Source of the DNA: Ylistrum balloti
Lineage: Eukaryota
Assembly: GCF_031769215.1 (NCBI RefSeq)
Contig: NW_026782196.1
Coordinates: forward strand, 620,001 to 684,000
DNA: 64,000 nucleotides
Direction of reading: 5' to 3'
Under the pieces are notes generated by a model that had not been told where the DNA came from, made no database searches, and saw only the letters and a program-made list of their open reading frames with translations. Each line of letters starts with the position of its first letter. Positions within the stretch are counted from its first letter, which is position 1. The position numbers and the translations under genes are program-made. Positions 33,901 through 44,764 of the stretch are shown here, one piece after another.

Positions 33901-35473
33901 ATTGAACAATTTTTGGTCTTGTTTTAGTTTTGTCGATCATATGAGCAAGTGTCAAAAAAGCCTGCTCTACATTGACATTTTCGTGTGCCGACGTCCCCAC
34001 AAGAGGAATATTATTCTTGTACTCGCGTTTTGACAAAAGACGTTCCACTTCTTTTACATAACGATCATTTGCCTCATCTGTTTTTGTTGTCACCATCACA
34101 ACAGGTTTCTTTGTTTTTATTGCACCATTTAATAACAATGTCACAAACTCTACTTGTTGTTCTAGAGTCCGTTGTTGAATTTGACTAACATCGAAACAAC
34201 ATATAAAACCATCAATATTCAGTTTGCCCTCTGGCATTAGTTTCTGCTCATAAGCACTGTCTGTTTCCATGCCTATAAAGAGAAAAAAGAATATCATTAT
34301 ATATATTTATGCATATACCAGCTTTCATAAATCCTTACTCATCTTTCTACATATGACTACTGCACGGTCAAGGTCAGTCAAAACAAAATTTTATAACCAC
34401 CCTGGGGCACTATATCATTTCCCAATGGACAGCTGTTATTCTAGAAAGAAAATCCCCAGATGCTTCTCAATGGAGTTAATTATTGATTTTAAAACCAATA
34501 AATATTCTAGAACTAATTATGTAATATCAATCAAATTTGAAGTATTGTCTTGAAATCAGTTCACTGGAAGATTACAGTAATTATACAGCTTCTGGCAGTG
34601 ATCCATTCAACCTAGGATGTATATAATGTAACTCAGGCAGCTTATACAAGGTAAGGGTGTTATGTCACATCAGCATCAGGTAAACATTCTACATTCTGAT
34701 GTCTTTATCTTCCATGAGTCTGTGTTATAATACATTTACCCATACATCTTTACTTTGTATAAGCATATTCACTGAATGATAGACATTTACAATATATCAA
34801 TGGAGTCCCCATATTCTGGGTATGGTGAATCAATAATCAGACTTCAGGGCAAGTTTAATCATAAATGTATATCTAATTTACATTGATGTGTTATAACTTG
34901 GAAGTTTTTTTCATCCTCCCACTCGGAGTGTTGGACCTTAACACCACAATTTATCATTTGATGTAATGTTCCCGGAAAAATAATAGTCCAACAGGGAAGA
35001 ATTTTCTGGAGAGTAAGGATTTTACAGGACTCCACTTTTAACAATTTTGCTGGGTATTTTTTTACCATACCTAGTTGGTCTTTACATATATACATCAGCT
35101 TCTCAGCAGACTGAACCTTAGTGGCCACACAACGTTTGTAGTAGGGGTCAGTCCGACCCGTCTTGAATGGCTGGAACGATACATCATCAATGAACTCGCT
35201 CTGTTCTATGACATTGAAAACAAAATTGTTGCCGTCATCAGTCTTTGTGACCTCGCCCCAGTAAAGGAAGTGGTCATTATTAATAACGCGTCCAGCAAAG
35301 TCACTTTGACTTAGTACAGAGATGTGGTCCGAGAAGTACTTGTCTGCTACGTAAGAGATGAACCTGTTACAAAGACATGATTTGCCAACACCAACAGGAC
35401 CTTTGTCTCTTTCTGTACCCGACAGTCCGATCACACTGATGTTAAAAGTTCGATCCTCGCCTTTTTTCGCCAT
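831..35473 (-). CDS. ARHGAP35: p190 RhoGAP (ARHGAP35/ARHGAP5 family; probable invertebrate pro-ortholog), 24 coding exons traced, 3' part of the GAP domain lies outside the window
   Basis: Exon translations match p190 hallmarks: [23 protein letters not shown] (N-GTPase P-loop), [27 protein letters not shown] (pG1), [13 protein letters not shown] (pG2), SSLER, polybasic stretch, EGIYRIPG (arginine finger). All junctions are GT-AG with matching phases; 4588 coding nt in the window. Confidence 0.95.
3001..3012 (-). CDS. candidate 12-nt microexon in the RhoGAP domain
   Basis: cttaccttatttccag|TGAAAATTGGTC|gtaagt; phase 1-1, no stop. Confidence 0.45.
3641..3806 (-). CDS. ARHGAP35: p190 exon 23 (polybasic end, RhoGAP domain start)
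   Basis: acceptor ttttag|; [16 protein letters not shown]...[15 protein letters not shown]; donor G|gtaact. Confidence 0.93.
3817..4002. repeat. 27-bp minisatellite x7 abutting the exon 23 acceptor
   Basis: unit taagtcagaggttaaaaattcataca(a/g). Confidence 0.95.
4205..4291 (-). CDS. candidate alternative start-codon exon of p190 ([29 protein letters not shown])
   Basis: ATG in attATGG context, in-frame TAA 20 codons upstream, 29 open codons, phase-0 donor GAG|gtacat matching the phase-0 acceptor of exon 23. Confidence 0.6.
7212..7237. promoter_or_regulatory. RFX X-box plus adjacent forkhead site in p190 intron 22
   Basis: GTTGCCATAGGTGAC (reverse GTCACC-TAT-GGCAAC fits GTNRCC-N0-3-RGYAAC) and GTAAACAAA 2 nt away. 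Confidence 0.4.
8011..8208. other. assembly gap (198 N)
   Basis: run of N. Confidence 1.
8800..9785 (-). mobile_element. degenerate HINE-like element(s)
   Basis: recurring aaaatc(c/t)aagatgg core units and a GGAC/GACA microsatellite, shared with 24420-24890 and 52540-53345; limits approximate. Confidence 0.5.
10219..10374 (-). CDS. ARHGAP35: p190 exon 22 (polybasic/coiled-coil)
   Basis: acceptor tcacag|; DRFGGL...[21 protein letters not shown]; donor GAG|gtgagt. Confidence 0.88.
10467..10764 (-). mobile_element. Helentron-type non-autonomous element (HINE-like), copy 1
   Basis: terminal palindrome ggcccatgggcc, subterminal inverted repeats ggtcatc/gatgacc, A/T-run end. Confidence 0.75.
11108..11350 (-). 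mobile_element. HINE-like element, copy 2 (internally deleted)
   Basis: highly similar to 10467-10764; subTIR ggtcatctga/tcagatgacc. Confidence 0.75.
11713..11765 (-). CDS. ARHGAP35: p190 exon 21
   Basis: acceptor ttgtag|GC; [17 protein letters not shown]; donor CGG|gtaagt; supplies the required phase 1 to 0 transition. Confidence 0.8.
11984..12163 (-). CDS. ARHGAP35: p190 exon 20 (alternative in-frame donor at 12059)
   Basis: acceptor ttgtag|AA; [11 protein letters not shown]...KKRRPPGG...GSPP; donor A|gtatgt. Confidence 0.8.
12544..12744 (-). CDS. ARHGAP35: p190 exon 19
   Basis: acceptor aacag|AA; [16 protein letters not shown]...RDRDR; donor G|gtcagt; SSLER motif as in vertebrate p190. 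Confidence 0.85.
12926..13025 (-). CDS. ARHGAP35: p190 exon 18
   Basis: acceptor ttacag|; [15 protein letters not shown]...QQRK; donor A|gtaagt. Confidence 0.85.
13197..14155. repeat. 68-bp tandem array interrupted by a MITE
   Basis: unit ggctttaactttagggttggacaaggaaatctc...; period 68 (13321 to 13389). Confidence 0.85.
13689..14034. mobile_element. MITE-like element, about 346 bp, with roughly 55-bp imperfect TIRs
   Basis: left cctcgatactccaggggttac...cccctggaatat versus right atattccagggg...gtaactcctggagtatagagg; no clear TSD. Confidence 0.7.
14156..14418. repeat. 53-bp tandem array x5
   Basis: unit aaggctttacctaaatttaccatagcagagctgcgtttatactagtgcaactc. Confidence 0.95.
14996..15088 (-). 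CDS. ARHGAP35: p190 exon 17
   Basis: acceptor ttgcag|; FAGRKPSK...SSDYATVK; donor AAG|gtatag. Confidence 0.85.
15281..15363 (-). CDS. ARHGAP35: p190 exon 16
   Basis: acceptor ttccag|GT; [27 protein letters not shown]; donor CAG|gtaaga; supplies the required phase 1 to 0 transition. Confidence 0.85.
15585..16070. repeat. about 62-64-bp tandem array, about 8 copies
   Basis: unit gtgtttaacgtcactgtctcatcatgtg...acaaaattttac. Confidence 0.9.
16125..17436. repeat. 18-bp minisatellite (about 70 copies) with a 304-bp higher-order repeat
   Basis: unit aacattaacaggtacccc; diagnostic variants recur at 16486/16790/17094. Confidence 0.97.
18648..18653 (-). CDS. candidate 6-nt microexon of p190
   Basis: tgcatg-cctaac-ataacaaattctcttgcag|CATATG|gtatgt; phase 1-1, adds Ala-Tyr. 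Confidence 0.55.
19507..19590 (-). CDS. ARHGAP35: p190 exon 15 (symmetric phase-1)
   Basis: strong acceptor ctcccatcag|CC; [17 protein letters not shown]...PGN; donor G|gtgatt; 84 nt. Confidence 0.7.
21906..22067 (-). CDS. ARHGAP35: p190 exon 14 (symmetric phase-1, possibly a cassette)
   Basis: pyrimidine-rich acceptor cttctccattcag|AT; [10 protein letters not shown]...KEEDE; donor G|gtgatt; 162 nt, open frame. Confidence 0.65.
22185..22223 (-). CDS. candidate 39-nt cassette exon of p190 ([13 protein letters not shown])
   Basis: gtgtatag|...AAA A|gtatgt; phase 1-1, open; weak pyrimidine tract. Confidence 0.35.
23099..23425. repeat. 163-bp direct tandem duplication, each copy starting at a poly-T tract
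   Basis: copies 23099-23262 and 23263-23425 are nearly identical. Confidence 0.95.
23905..24110 (-). CDS. ARHGAP35: p190 exon 13 (Pro/Ser-rich middle region)
   Basis: acceptor ttcag|C; [13 protein letters not shown]...GYHA; donor G|gtatga. Confidence 0.88.
24420..24890 (-). mobile_element. degenerate HINE-like element
   Basis: aaaatccaagatgg cores plus gatggacagacaga microsatellite; limits approximate. Confidence 0.5.
25089..25281 (-). CDS. ARHGAP35: p190 exon 12
   Basis: acceptor ttcag|CT; [14 protein letters not shown]...SYYSVP...RPPAPLPR...STSN; donor AG|gtaaat (different frame from the track ORF). Confidence 0.88.
25787..25977 (-). CDS. ARHGAP35: p190 exon 11
   Basis: acceptor ttcag|G; AFAESL...LPILILAV...NFQQQ; donor A|gtaagc. 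Confidence 0.9.
26476..26772 (-). CDS. ARHGAP35: p190 exon 10 (pseudoGTPase 2)
   Basis: acceptor gaaag|G; [11 protein letters not shown]...[18 protein letters not shown]; donor AA|gtaagt. Confidence 0.93.
27182..27276. repeat. 46-bp tandem duplication
   Basis: ttgaccccagactggagttaagatacaggttaatagataatctgtg x2. Confidence 0.9.
27738..27902 (-). CDS. ARHGAP35: p190 exon 9
   Basis: Not in ORF track; acceptor ttcag|T; LRCEFKDIP...EPDL; donor CG|gtaagt. Confidence 0.9.
28577..28778 (-). CDS. ARHGAP35: p190 exon 8
   Basis: acceptor tgtag|GG; [15 protein letters not shown]...GQELAR; donor AG|gtcagg. Confidence 0.92.
28826..29171. repeat. 31-bp minisatellite x11 just upstream of the exon 8 acceptor
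   Basis: unit ttaaattgcttgtataacaattctaaccaag; alternating variants in the distal half. Confidence 0.95.
29398..29521 (-). CDS. ARHGAP35: p190 exon 7
   Basis: Not in ORF track; acceptor ttcag|; NMCNQD...[25 protein letters not shown]; donor G|gtaagt. Confidence 0.92.
30045..30225. repeat. degenerate 28-bp repeats resembling the exon 6 end and donor
   Basis: acttaccaagatttctttacacag versus the true junction acttacccggatttctttacatag. Confidence 0.8.
30256..30361 (-). CDS. ARHGAP35: p190 exon 6 (pseudoGTPase 1 start)
   Basis: Not in ORF track; acceptor cccag|A; SEPP...[20 protein letters not shown]; donor CGG|gtaagt. Confidence 0.92.
30918..31070 (-). CDS. ARHGAP35: p190 exon 5
   Basis: acceptor tctag|A; [11 protein letters not shown]...GRIF; donor AG|gtgagg. 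Confidence 0.9.
31370..31450. repeat. about 26-bp tandem x3
   Basis: aaggtaagcttgtcgtagggtgtttg-like units. Confidence 0.8.
31909..32205 (-). CDS. ARHGAP35: p190 exon 4 (FF region)
   Basis: acceptor taaag|G; [19 protein letters not shown]...EDDP; donor CG|gtaagt. Confidence 0.93.
32618..32833 (-). CDS. ARHGAP35: p190 exon 3 (FF region); alternative duplicated donor at 32597
   Basis: acceptor ttcag|T; SWTSCQRM...RIPFDLL...QHRKL; donor CA|gtatgt. Confidence 0.92.
33058..33510. repeat. 21-bp minisatellite, about 21 copies
   Basis: unit aacacttgactgcttgcccct. Confidence 0.95.
33594..34272 (-). CDS. ARHGAP35: p190 exon 2 (GTPase domain end, FF region start)
   Basis: acceptor tatag|GC; [10 protein letters not shown]...LNTITE; donor AG|gtcaga, phase 2. 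Confidence 0.93.
35071..35473 (-). CDS. ARHGAP35: p190 exon 1 (ATG; N-terminal GTPase-like domain)
   Basis: [19 protein letters not shown]...KDQL; ATG at 35473; donor G|gtatgg, phase 1. Confidence 0.95.
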
Positions 35474-35999
35474 TTTGGGTAGTGATTGGTCAAAACACAA
35501 TTAACGCTGCTGATTAGTGTAATCAAATCCTTTGCACTTTTAATTTAGAATAGACATGTTGCAATCTTATAAGCAAGTGCACTGGGGGTCAAATGTCACA
35601 AGTGTATGGCATACTAGCCATGTCCTGGCTGGGACCCATAACTGCCATGATGGTCATTTGGTGCACTCTATCCCAGCACCACCAAACACAGATCACCCCA
35701 TGGTGACACATTAGGTAGTGACGATTTCTGTGTTTTAAATGCTAACAAATTGACCAATCAAATGTACCATTAAATACTCTTCCAAATTACTACAGTAATA
35801 CTGCTGCTGTTTCGACAGCCAGCTCCCTACATCTCACGTGTTACTCTTAGAATCCATACTATGGACATGTTTTGGAGCCATATACAAGACTATATCACAT
35901 CAGTTATGATACACTCGCCACCTCCTTCCACAACAGTTCAACACCTCCTTAAAACCTCCAGTTTCCCGTTATCACACACTGGTAGACCCATTTTTGTAT
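35474..35999 (-). other. probable long 5' UTR part of the p190 ATG exon
   Basis: strong acceptor gctgtttcacttgttgtttcag| at 36000; a weaker acceptor near 35582 is an alternative. Confidence 0.4.
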
Positions 36000-38900
36000 C
36001 TGAAACAACAAGTGAAACAGCAATAAACAAAGATTCAAAGATTGTAAATGACATATCAGATATGATAAAAGACAGCAAAGAAAAATCTCTTGAAAGGAAA
36101 CAATTCTTACAGCACCATACATCCAATTAGTGCCTCACAAGTATACTGTTGTATACCTTGTAAAACATTGTAGAATCTACACATATGCTGTTTCTGTATA
36201 AAATGTTGAACTGCCCGGACCTACATCAATGGACAATTTTCTGAGACTGACTATGATAAGTATCATGATACTTTTTATATCATGTTTCCTTTCTTCATGT
36301 GTATCTACAAAATCCATATAGAGCCAAATAAAGGCATCAAGCATTAAGTGGATACTATCATAATGGATTTTTTAAAAATTAAAATCAGAAAGAATTTTAT
36401 CATAAGCATTTTTCTTTCTTATGTTTTCTGAAATCCTTGAAGGTGCCCCTTCCTTATCTGACACAATGAAATAAAATTGAGGTCAGAGTAAAAAATGCAA
36501 GACTTTCATTGACAACTACAACAAGAGTATTTATTACGCCAAATACAATATGTTGTCCCTGTTTGGTAGATTAGTGGTGTGGTGTATAACAGTGTTGTGG
36601 TAGTGGAATGTGGTGTGGGAGGAAGAACTCCGTGCTATACAACAACATCATGTTACATTGAATCACAATGTATCTGTCAAGTACTCACTTATAACTGCTT
36701 CCTTGTTCAGAAAAGTGAGCGTTTCCTTATCATATTCAATGATGATCAGTCAGAAAAAGAACACAGTTTTTTTTAACATTTATAGAGCAGTGATTTGGAT
36801 TATATACTTTTGGGGTAAAAAATATGACAACAAAACTCATACACATAATTGTCATCAAAGACAAGGCAACTTTCTGAAGATGGTGTAGTATGTAATGTTA
36901 TTAGAGTGATTTTTACATTGAATATATACATACATATATAGGTATACATCTATATTACAAATGTATCTTTGGCTATATTTTTCTTTTAAATAGAATTTTT
37001 TTTTATGGATATGAAACTCAAATAAAAACAGAACCACAGGCTGTTCCTTTGTGTTTGGGATTTTACCACTTTATTGGAGTAAGGGGGTGTCAAACACATG
37101 GTAAACGAAAGGTTAAGGACAAAGTTTAAACAGAAAGTGTAGTTATAAATGCACAAAGGACTTGACATACAACAGTATTAAGTTGTTTCTGACACATTGG
37201 GCTAAGGGAACCAAATGAAGGGAAAGAATGAGTTGTGATACTGACAGTTAACCTATTCCAATCTTACATGTACCTACATGATACATTCTGTATATGCTTG
37301 AATGACTAGAAAGCTAGACGTAGTTTAGTCTTTATTGAGAAACACCAGCTGGCCAGTGAATATTACATAGTCTATATAATTTTAAACATGCAGTTAAATC
37401 ACACACAATAGAATATTCATCTTGTTAATCATTATCTATGTATATTGTTATCACTATCTACTAAATCAGTACACATGGTTTACTAAGTTTCATAAGGATA
37501 CATATATAACATTACGAGCCAATCCTCACTTATGTAACAATAAGCAAATACCTTGTAATAAGCCCGCCCATGTATCACCAATGTTATTGTCCTAGCTGTT
37601 TTATGTCTGATGTGTTTGCCCACTGGGTTTTTGTAGGATAACTACGGTATATTACAGGGTAAATGTGTTATACCTAACCAGCAAGCCTCTTATCTACTGA
37701 CTGAACAACATAGTGGAAGTATTTATCAATGAAACACTAGATCTGTTGACTAAAAAAACACATAGAGAAATGTATATAATTTTGTCAATAGTGTATCACG
37801 GAATCTGTAACACACTGTTAGCATTATATATCTGTACAATATACCAAGTCTAAAAGGAGACCAATCACTTCTGCATAAACCTGACATGGAAAATAAAGCT
37901 CCTTAACCAAAAAATTTCAATGAAATTTTCATATTTTTTTTCTAAGAAAAATTTCGTCAGTTGTCCAATCTGTTTTATATTTAATATAGATCTTTTCTTT
38001 AATAAAATCACTGGAAATAATCAATACATCTATCAGAAAATAGTATTATTGATAACAAAGCAAAACATGAGGAAGTTTTAAAAGATTTTGTTAAAGATAA
38101 GCAAAAAAATATAGTACTTGTAATAAACAAAATCTTAAAATAGGGTACCTTCCCAACTAATTAAACATCTTTATGTTAAATATATGCCAATATACGTTAT
38201 TTTGGATACACCATGTTTAGATGAAAGTCTGAATATCAAAACTTCCTCTTCATTTGTTGCCTGATATATAAAACCCAGTATTAATCACAGAATATATTAA
38301 TTAAGATCAATGGTATACAATGTAAAGACATTTCCCTACAATGTTAAATATACCTGAACATACCTTACTGTTATAATATTGTTCAATCATTGTGTTGTTT
38401 TGATATATTTTTCAATGACACAGGAAGTCAACGTTCTAATACAAACTCTGTACTGTATTCTTTATATAAATATATATATATCAATGTACCATACTGAAGG
38501 CATATATCAACAATATACAAGTATTCATGAATGAAACTTGTCTGTGAACTAACATACAATAGACCATGTATACACCTGTACAATGTATGAATGAAACAAT
38601 TACTATAGTATGTGTATATACCTGTGTGAATGAAACACCAACACAAAGCGTGCAATCTGTTGACAAAGTGTCAATGAGCATTATATCTCCTTGATTGTTA
38701 ATGTGTATAGATGTATTCATGAATGAATGAATAATGTCATCTATAAATGCCTTTAAGTAGGATTCAGTGTTTATTATTTTTTTATTATTTCTTTTTGCTA
38801 TGTTACGGTCAAAAAGTCCCAATTTAAGAAAATATCAGCATTATTTTGCCAAGTTTATAAAAAAAATCGCTATTATTATTTCCACCTTATTACAGTAAAT

Positions 38901-40334
38901 GAAACAAAATGTTTTACATCAATGAACACTAACACAAAGACCCCATGAATGAAACAATACTACATAGCCTTGTCTAATATACCTGTACATGAATGTATTC
39001 ATGGAGCAGCAAACCTACCTATTGATCATAACTGTATGCTGTATGAATAAACATGAGTGTATGTGTTACAAACTCTTAAATCATTATAAATTCATATTTT
39101 ATATAGGTTATCAGATCAATAAAACATAAAATCCTACAATAGCAACCCCCCCCCCACCACTCATACTTTCTTCAGAATCATTTTTTGTGTACCTTCTCCT
39201 GTGAGGGTAACTGTATTATTCACTAGGTTCAGCTTTAACGTTCCCCTAAATACTTATGATGATTTCATGAACCACCTAATAGATCTAATAGATAATAGTA
39301 CATCAATATCACACTAACAAACCTCCTGTTAATGTGCTATACCATATATCCATTATATATGCATCTAGGAGTAGATATTAATCCTTTATTTATCATAACC
39401 TATGTCCTCAGGAGTATTTTTCACATAAACTTTTATTTATTTAAACATTATGTCAAAATACACACAGCAGGCCTTCAAAACAGTCTGATTCCGCATTTTT
39501 TTTTTGTATATTGATTAATTGCGGCAACGGTTTGTTGACTTCCACATACACTGTGTTATCTGTTATGTATCAATGAATCACCAGATGGCCAATAAATACC
39601 GTAAACTGTCTTCACTAGTTTTTGTTCCACATTAACATTTTATTTTGACAAAGAAAAACTGAAATGAATTAAACATGTACAGATCTGTATCAATGTTGAG
39701 ATTGTATTGTTGGCTTCAGTATGCTGAAGTATTGTTGAATACGAATCAATACAAAATGGATTTAATGGCAAGAGGCAGCGTGGAACAAGACTCTGATATG
39801 CTTCAGTGATTATAAACTACCCAGTACAAAAAAAACCTAAATGCAAGTTAAGAGACGTATATTTACCCAGGTATATTTTTATGTAACATTTATTCCTACA
39901 CATGTCAAACTTATACATAAAGATTGCTGAGAAAAGCAGTCTTTATAGACAGGTGGCATTTATAGTGAGCTATTATTACTATGAATTGTTTTACATCAAG
40001 ACCAGAACAACTCGCCATAATATATAGGGAATTGAATGTATCTATTTTTTGTCATGCTCCTGTAGGTTAAAACATATTTTGTTTTCTCCTGCTTCTTCTC
40101 CTGTAAAAAATTCAAATGTGAAATATGTGAATGCATCCAAAAAAGCATGTACCTTGATTTGAAGCAAGAAAAAAGACCTATATAGAAAGAAACACATGTT
40201 TATATATACAGAAGACATAAGAGAAGAGCTATATGTAGAACTGACACAAGAAAGTCTGTAAGATCATACAAAATTATGATGATGAGATATGCAGGGTTAG
40301 TCAACCAATATAGCTACTACGTATAGACGCCAGC

Positions 40335-40700
40335 ATAGGTCAATGTATAGAGATATGACACAGAGACATCAACATAGGTCAATGTACAGAGATAAGACAC
40401 AGAAACACTAGCATAAGTCAATGTATAGAGATAAGACATACAGAGACACTAGCATAAGTCAATGTATAGAGATAAGACACACAGAGACATTAGCATAAGT
40501 CAATGTATAGAGATATGACACATAGAGACACTAGCGTAAGTCAATGTACAGAGATAAGACACACAGAGACACTAGCATAAGTCAATGTACAGAGATAAGA
40601 CACACAGAGACATTAGTATAAGTCAATGTACAGAGATAAGACACACAGAGACACTATTATAAGACAATGTACAGAGGTAAGACAGACATACTAGCAAAGG
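40335..40700. repeat. 41-bp minisatellite, about 9 copies
   Basis: unit gacacacagagacactagcataagtcaatgtacagagataa. Confidence 0.9.
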
Positions 40701-43700
40701 TCTATGTATATGGATAAGTCACACAGAGACACAGATATATTAGTGGAAGTATAATCATAGAGACACAACTAAATTTTACAAAAGACAAGTATAAATTGTA
40801 TTGAGATACAGAGACATCTGTTACAGTAAATGTGACACATGTGCATTTTACAAAGAGACAGGTATAATTATATAGAGAGACACCAGTGCAGGTATAACTG
40901 TAGAGACACATGTACATTTTACAAAGAGACATAGGTATAACTATAGAGTCGGTAAAAATCAATATGTGTACCCTGCATGTTGTGTCACAGACTCAGTGCC
41001 AATACACTACTGGGCAGACACTCATAGGTCACACATTCTCCTTGCACACGCTCGATGACGAGAACAAAAGCAGTGTGCTGGAATGATAATGTCGGGCAGC
41101 ATATTATGATCAGTGTGATTATATGGGGGACTAACAGGATACTTACTTTAATCCTATCGTTATATATACTATTATTAAATACTTGAGGCTAGTTGGACTT
41201 TTATCATTACCAACAGAGGATAAGTGGTGTGAGGTGTTTCTCCTCAACAGTCTCTACATGTTTTAATAACATTATATGCATGTACATGATTGGTGTGATT
41301 TTCCCTTAAAAAGCTCATAACAGCAAACTATTAGGAGGCTACAAATTGATGATGATCTCACATACTTCGAGATTTATATCATGATCTCCCAATGGCAGAT
41401 ATAGAGCAACGAGAACTTATGAATGACATTGAAATGTGTGTTTTCTTCATCGTTTTTCCCCTCACAAAAAATGCATTTGCAATTACATTTAGTTCATGTT
41501 AGAAAAAGGATTCAATGTTTTAACACAAAGAACAACTGGGTTTAAACAGTAAATGTATATAAAATATATATAGAACACACATTGCACACAACATAAATTG
41601 TAATAATAATATCTGATTCTATAGTAATGGGAAAAAGTGTGCAATGACAAAGAGCATGACAGTTTACTATTGTTTCCACTTCACAATTTCACAGACTGAA
41701 TGAAATCTGATAGATTAATAGAATGATGACCGTTTAAGACATCTAGATTGATTTTATATAGACAATGAATTCAATCTGACGACCATTTAATAGCAAATAC
41801 ATTGTATTTCACTTTCAGTTTTATTTCAAAATATCAACATGTGTATCTAATTAAGTCATATTTTTCCCTATCTGTTAATCTATTGCAAGAACTTAGAGAA
41901 AATTTTTAAGCCATGTGTGTTATCTGAGGAAATGTGCAAAACACTGACATTGCTTGGTCAACATGGCGCCAAAATGATGACATTCTATTCTCTCGTGATC
42001 CTACAATGTATCTTCATTCCAGTGAATACAATCTAAATTAGGTAACAATGAGTTAATGGAAGGCCAAAATGCAAAATGTAAACTGTACAATGACGTCATA
42101 TATATGATATTATCACTAATCTAATTCCGTGTATATAGATCCCCATAACAAGCACACATGACAATTGTAACCTTTACTATATAAATAACCTATGAATCAT
42201 ACACTTGGCTTTTGTTATTCAAACCAGTAAATGATGTCAACAATTCAGTCTAGATCATGACGACACTGAAGAATACTATTTTTATCAAAAATTCAATATT
42301 TTGTCATTGCTAATCTGTTGATTCTGTTTAACGCTTCACCTCCTTCTGTAGATGGCTATGAGCTTATCAGTGTTTACATTTTAATTAATACACTACATTT
42401 GCAGAATCTCACATGCTTGTTTGTTGAATAATGAACTTATTGAGCAAGTTGATTTATTTCTGATCCTTTTATGATACTAGTTTTTGACGATAAATTATAT
42501 GTAAATAAATTTTATACCACTCTATATGAATCTTTCAATATCTTTTCACTTCTTCTCTCAATTGAACAACACATTATTCATGTCAAGGCAATACCAAGTC
42601 ATCCTACACATACAGAAGTTATGTAAAATATCATTACTATAAACAACTAAACCAATTTTATTTTTTCTTTGTGATTCATTTCTGAATATTGGACATTTCT
42701 ATATATACATATATCATAATGGGAAACTATGGTTGAATAAGCATTATACAAAGAACTAATTATATGCATGATATACAGTATGTAAACTTAACATTAGACT
42801 ACGTGATGATACATTTCATTAGATCTAGAAACCTAAACACAATAATACATAAATGTATTCCTACTTAGTGTTATAATGTGCTGTTCATATATAAATGAAT
42901 AAATGGCGGTATTGATATCACTATTAGAGTAGGCACAGCAAAAATATAATGAAACTTAATACAATATATAAGCATGCACCAATCTCAAATGATAGGCCCT
43001 TGCCAGATAAATATGTATCATCACAATGATTAGACTCACTTAGCACCCTTATAAGTCACAGACTTACATCGTGTGAATAAGCTGCATATCCTGAGTCCCT
43101 ATTGTAATAACACAAATATCATCACATCTACTAGTAATTATATATTTACCACACATACAAAAAAACTAAAGGAGTGGTGTATTTAAAACTATAGGGAAGT
43201 TTCCAATTAAAATATGACAGCAGGAAAATCAATTTTAATCAGATAATAAAATGTGAATTTCTGCCATATTACTTATACAAGTAACGGCTGGGGACAATTT
43301 GTTAACATTGGCAATAAATAAGATATATGCAGCAGTATGATATATTTGTTGATCTACCAGTATAAATAATGAATATATACCTATTATTTACCGACTGTTT
43401 TACGAGAAATCAGTACACCTATCTTCTTTTGCAGAACAAGGGTTGGATTCATTTATATGAGCAGAGTCTACATCTTAATCATGATGAATATGGTACTGAT
43501 ACAAACAATGCTGTGTGATATATAGTGATGACACAATGATAGGATATAATTGATTATATAATTGCTTAACCTCGTCTAATGCAATGATCTACTGTAATTT
43601 TTCATAATTAATCATCAGTACTTTAATATTTTCTTGTGTTTCAGCAAAAATGAAATTAATATCTGCACTCATTGGTTTGAAAGGGACCCTCACAATCAAA

Positions 43701-44764
43701 ACACTCATTGCATACTTTGATAAAGAAGCTCCATCCACTTTCAAGTCAAAGTTGTCAATACATTTGGGTCATCATGTAGTTTGTAGCACAAGAAAAAGCT
43801 TAAAATTTGTCTCTGCACAGATTATCTGCCTAAATTGTATTTCATTGATTCCTAGTGTACACACCCGAAATTCATTATGTCCATTTCTAAATAACAAGGG
43901 TATTTGTTCATTAAAGTAGATGGTAAAACAACAGCCATAACAGAGAGGCTTTGGCAAGTGAATGTAAACTCATCTAAAGTTGTTTGTATGTTTCTTTCGA
44001 ATGGAGTTTGGGATTTAAATATCATTCTATATAGAATTAGCCAATACAGGAAGGAGACTTTACCAGGTGACATGTGCTTTAATTTAGTTGTGATAATACA
44101 ATGAAAGTTAACCTATGAATTGAAAATGTTACCTGCTCAAACTGTTATCATTTTTATATAACCAAAAATCATTTGAAGCAGATAAAGTTGAATCGGAATA
44201 TAAAACAAGGATTTTCACCATTATATTTGCCACCTCACATTGCCATGACACATCTGAATATGCTATTGTCATATATTTCTCCAATGTTGGGGTTGATCAT
44301 CTGCCTCAACAGGAAAAATGATTGCCATATTTGGACTAACATCTAATTGATTGGCAATTCATCTGGGATTATAGCATGAAAATAATCTAACGAAAAAATA
44401 TGTTACATAACCATTATATTAGAATAAAGCATAGCATACAATATATTCAGTAACACAATATGGTATATACATGTATTGACGTGATAATTACTCCAAGGTG
44501 TGTGTGTAAAGGTAAAACTGGGTAACATAAAAAATATACAAAATGAACCAACACCTATAAGTAACTGGCCTATCTTTCATTTGTCTATAACTTACAACCA
44601 CATCACAATAAACATGTTACAGTTAAATATACTAGACAGCACAATATAATTGATTGGAATATGCAATTGGATGAAGAATAATTTATCTATTTAACAAACA
44701 CTCATAACAGGCTCAGTTAACACAGTCACATAACATATGGATATGGTAGTTACCAATGCTGGTC

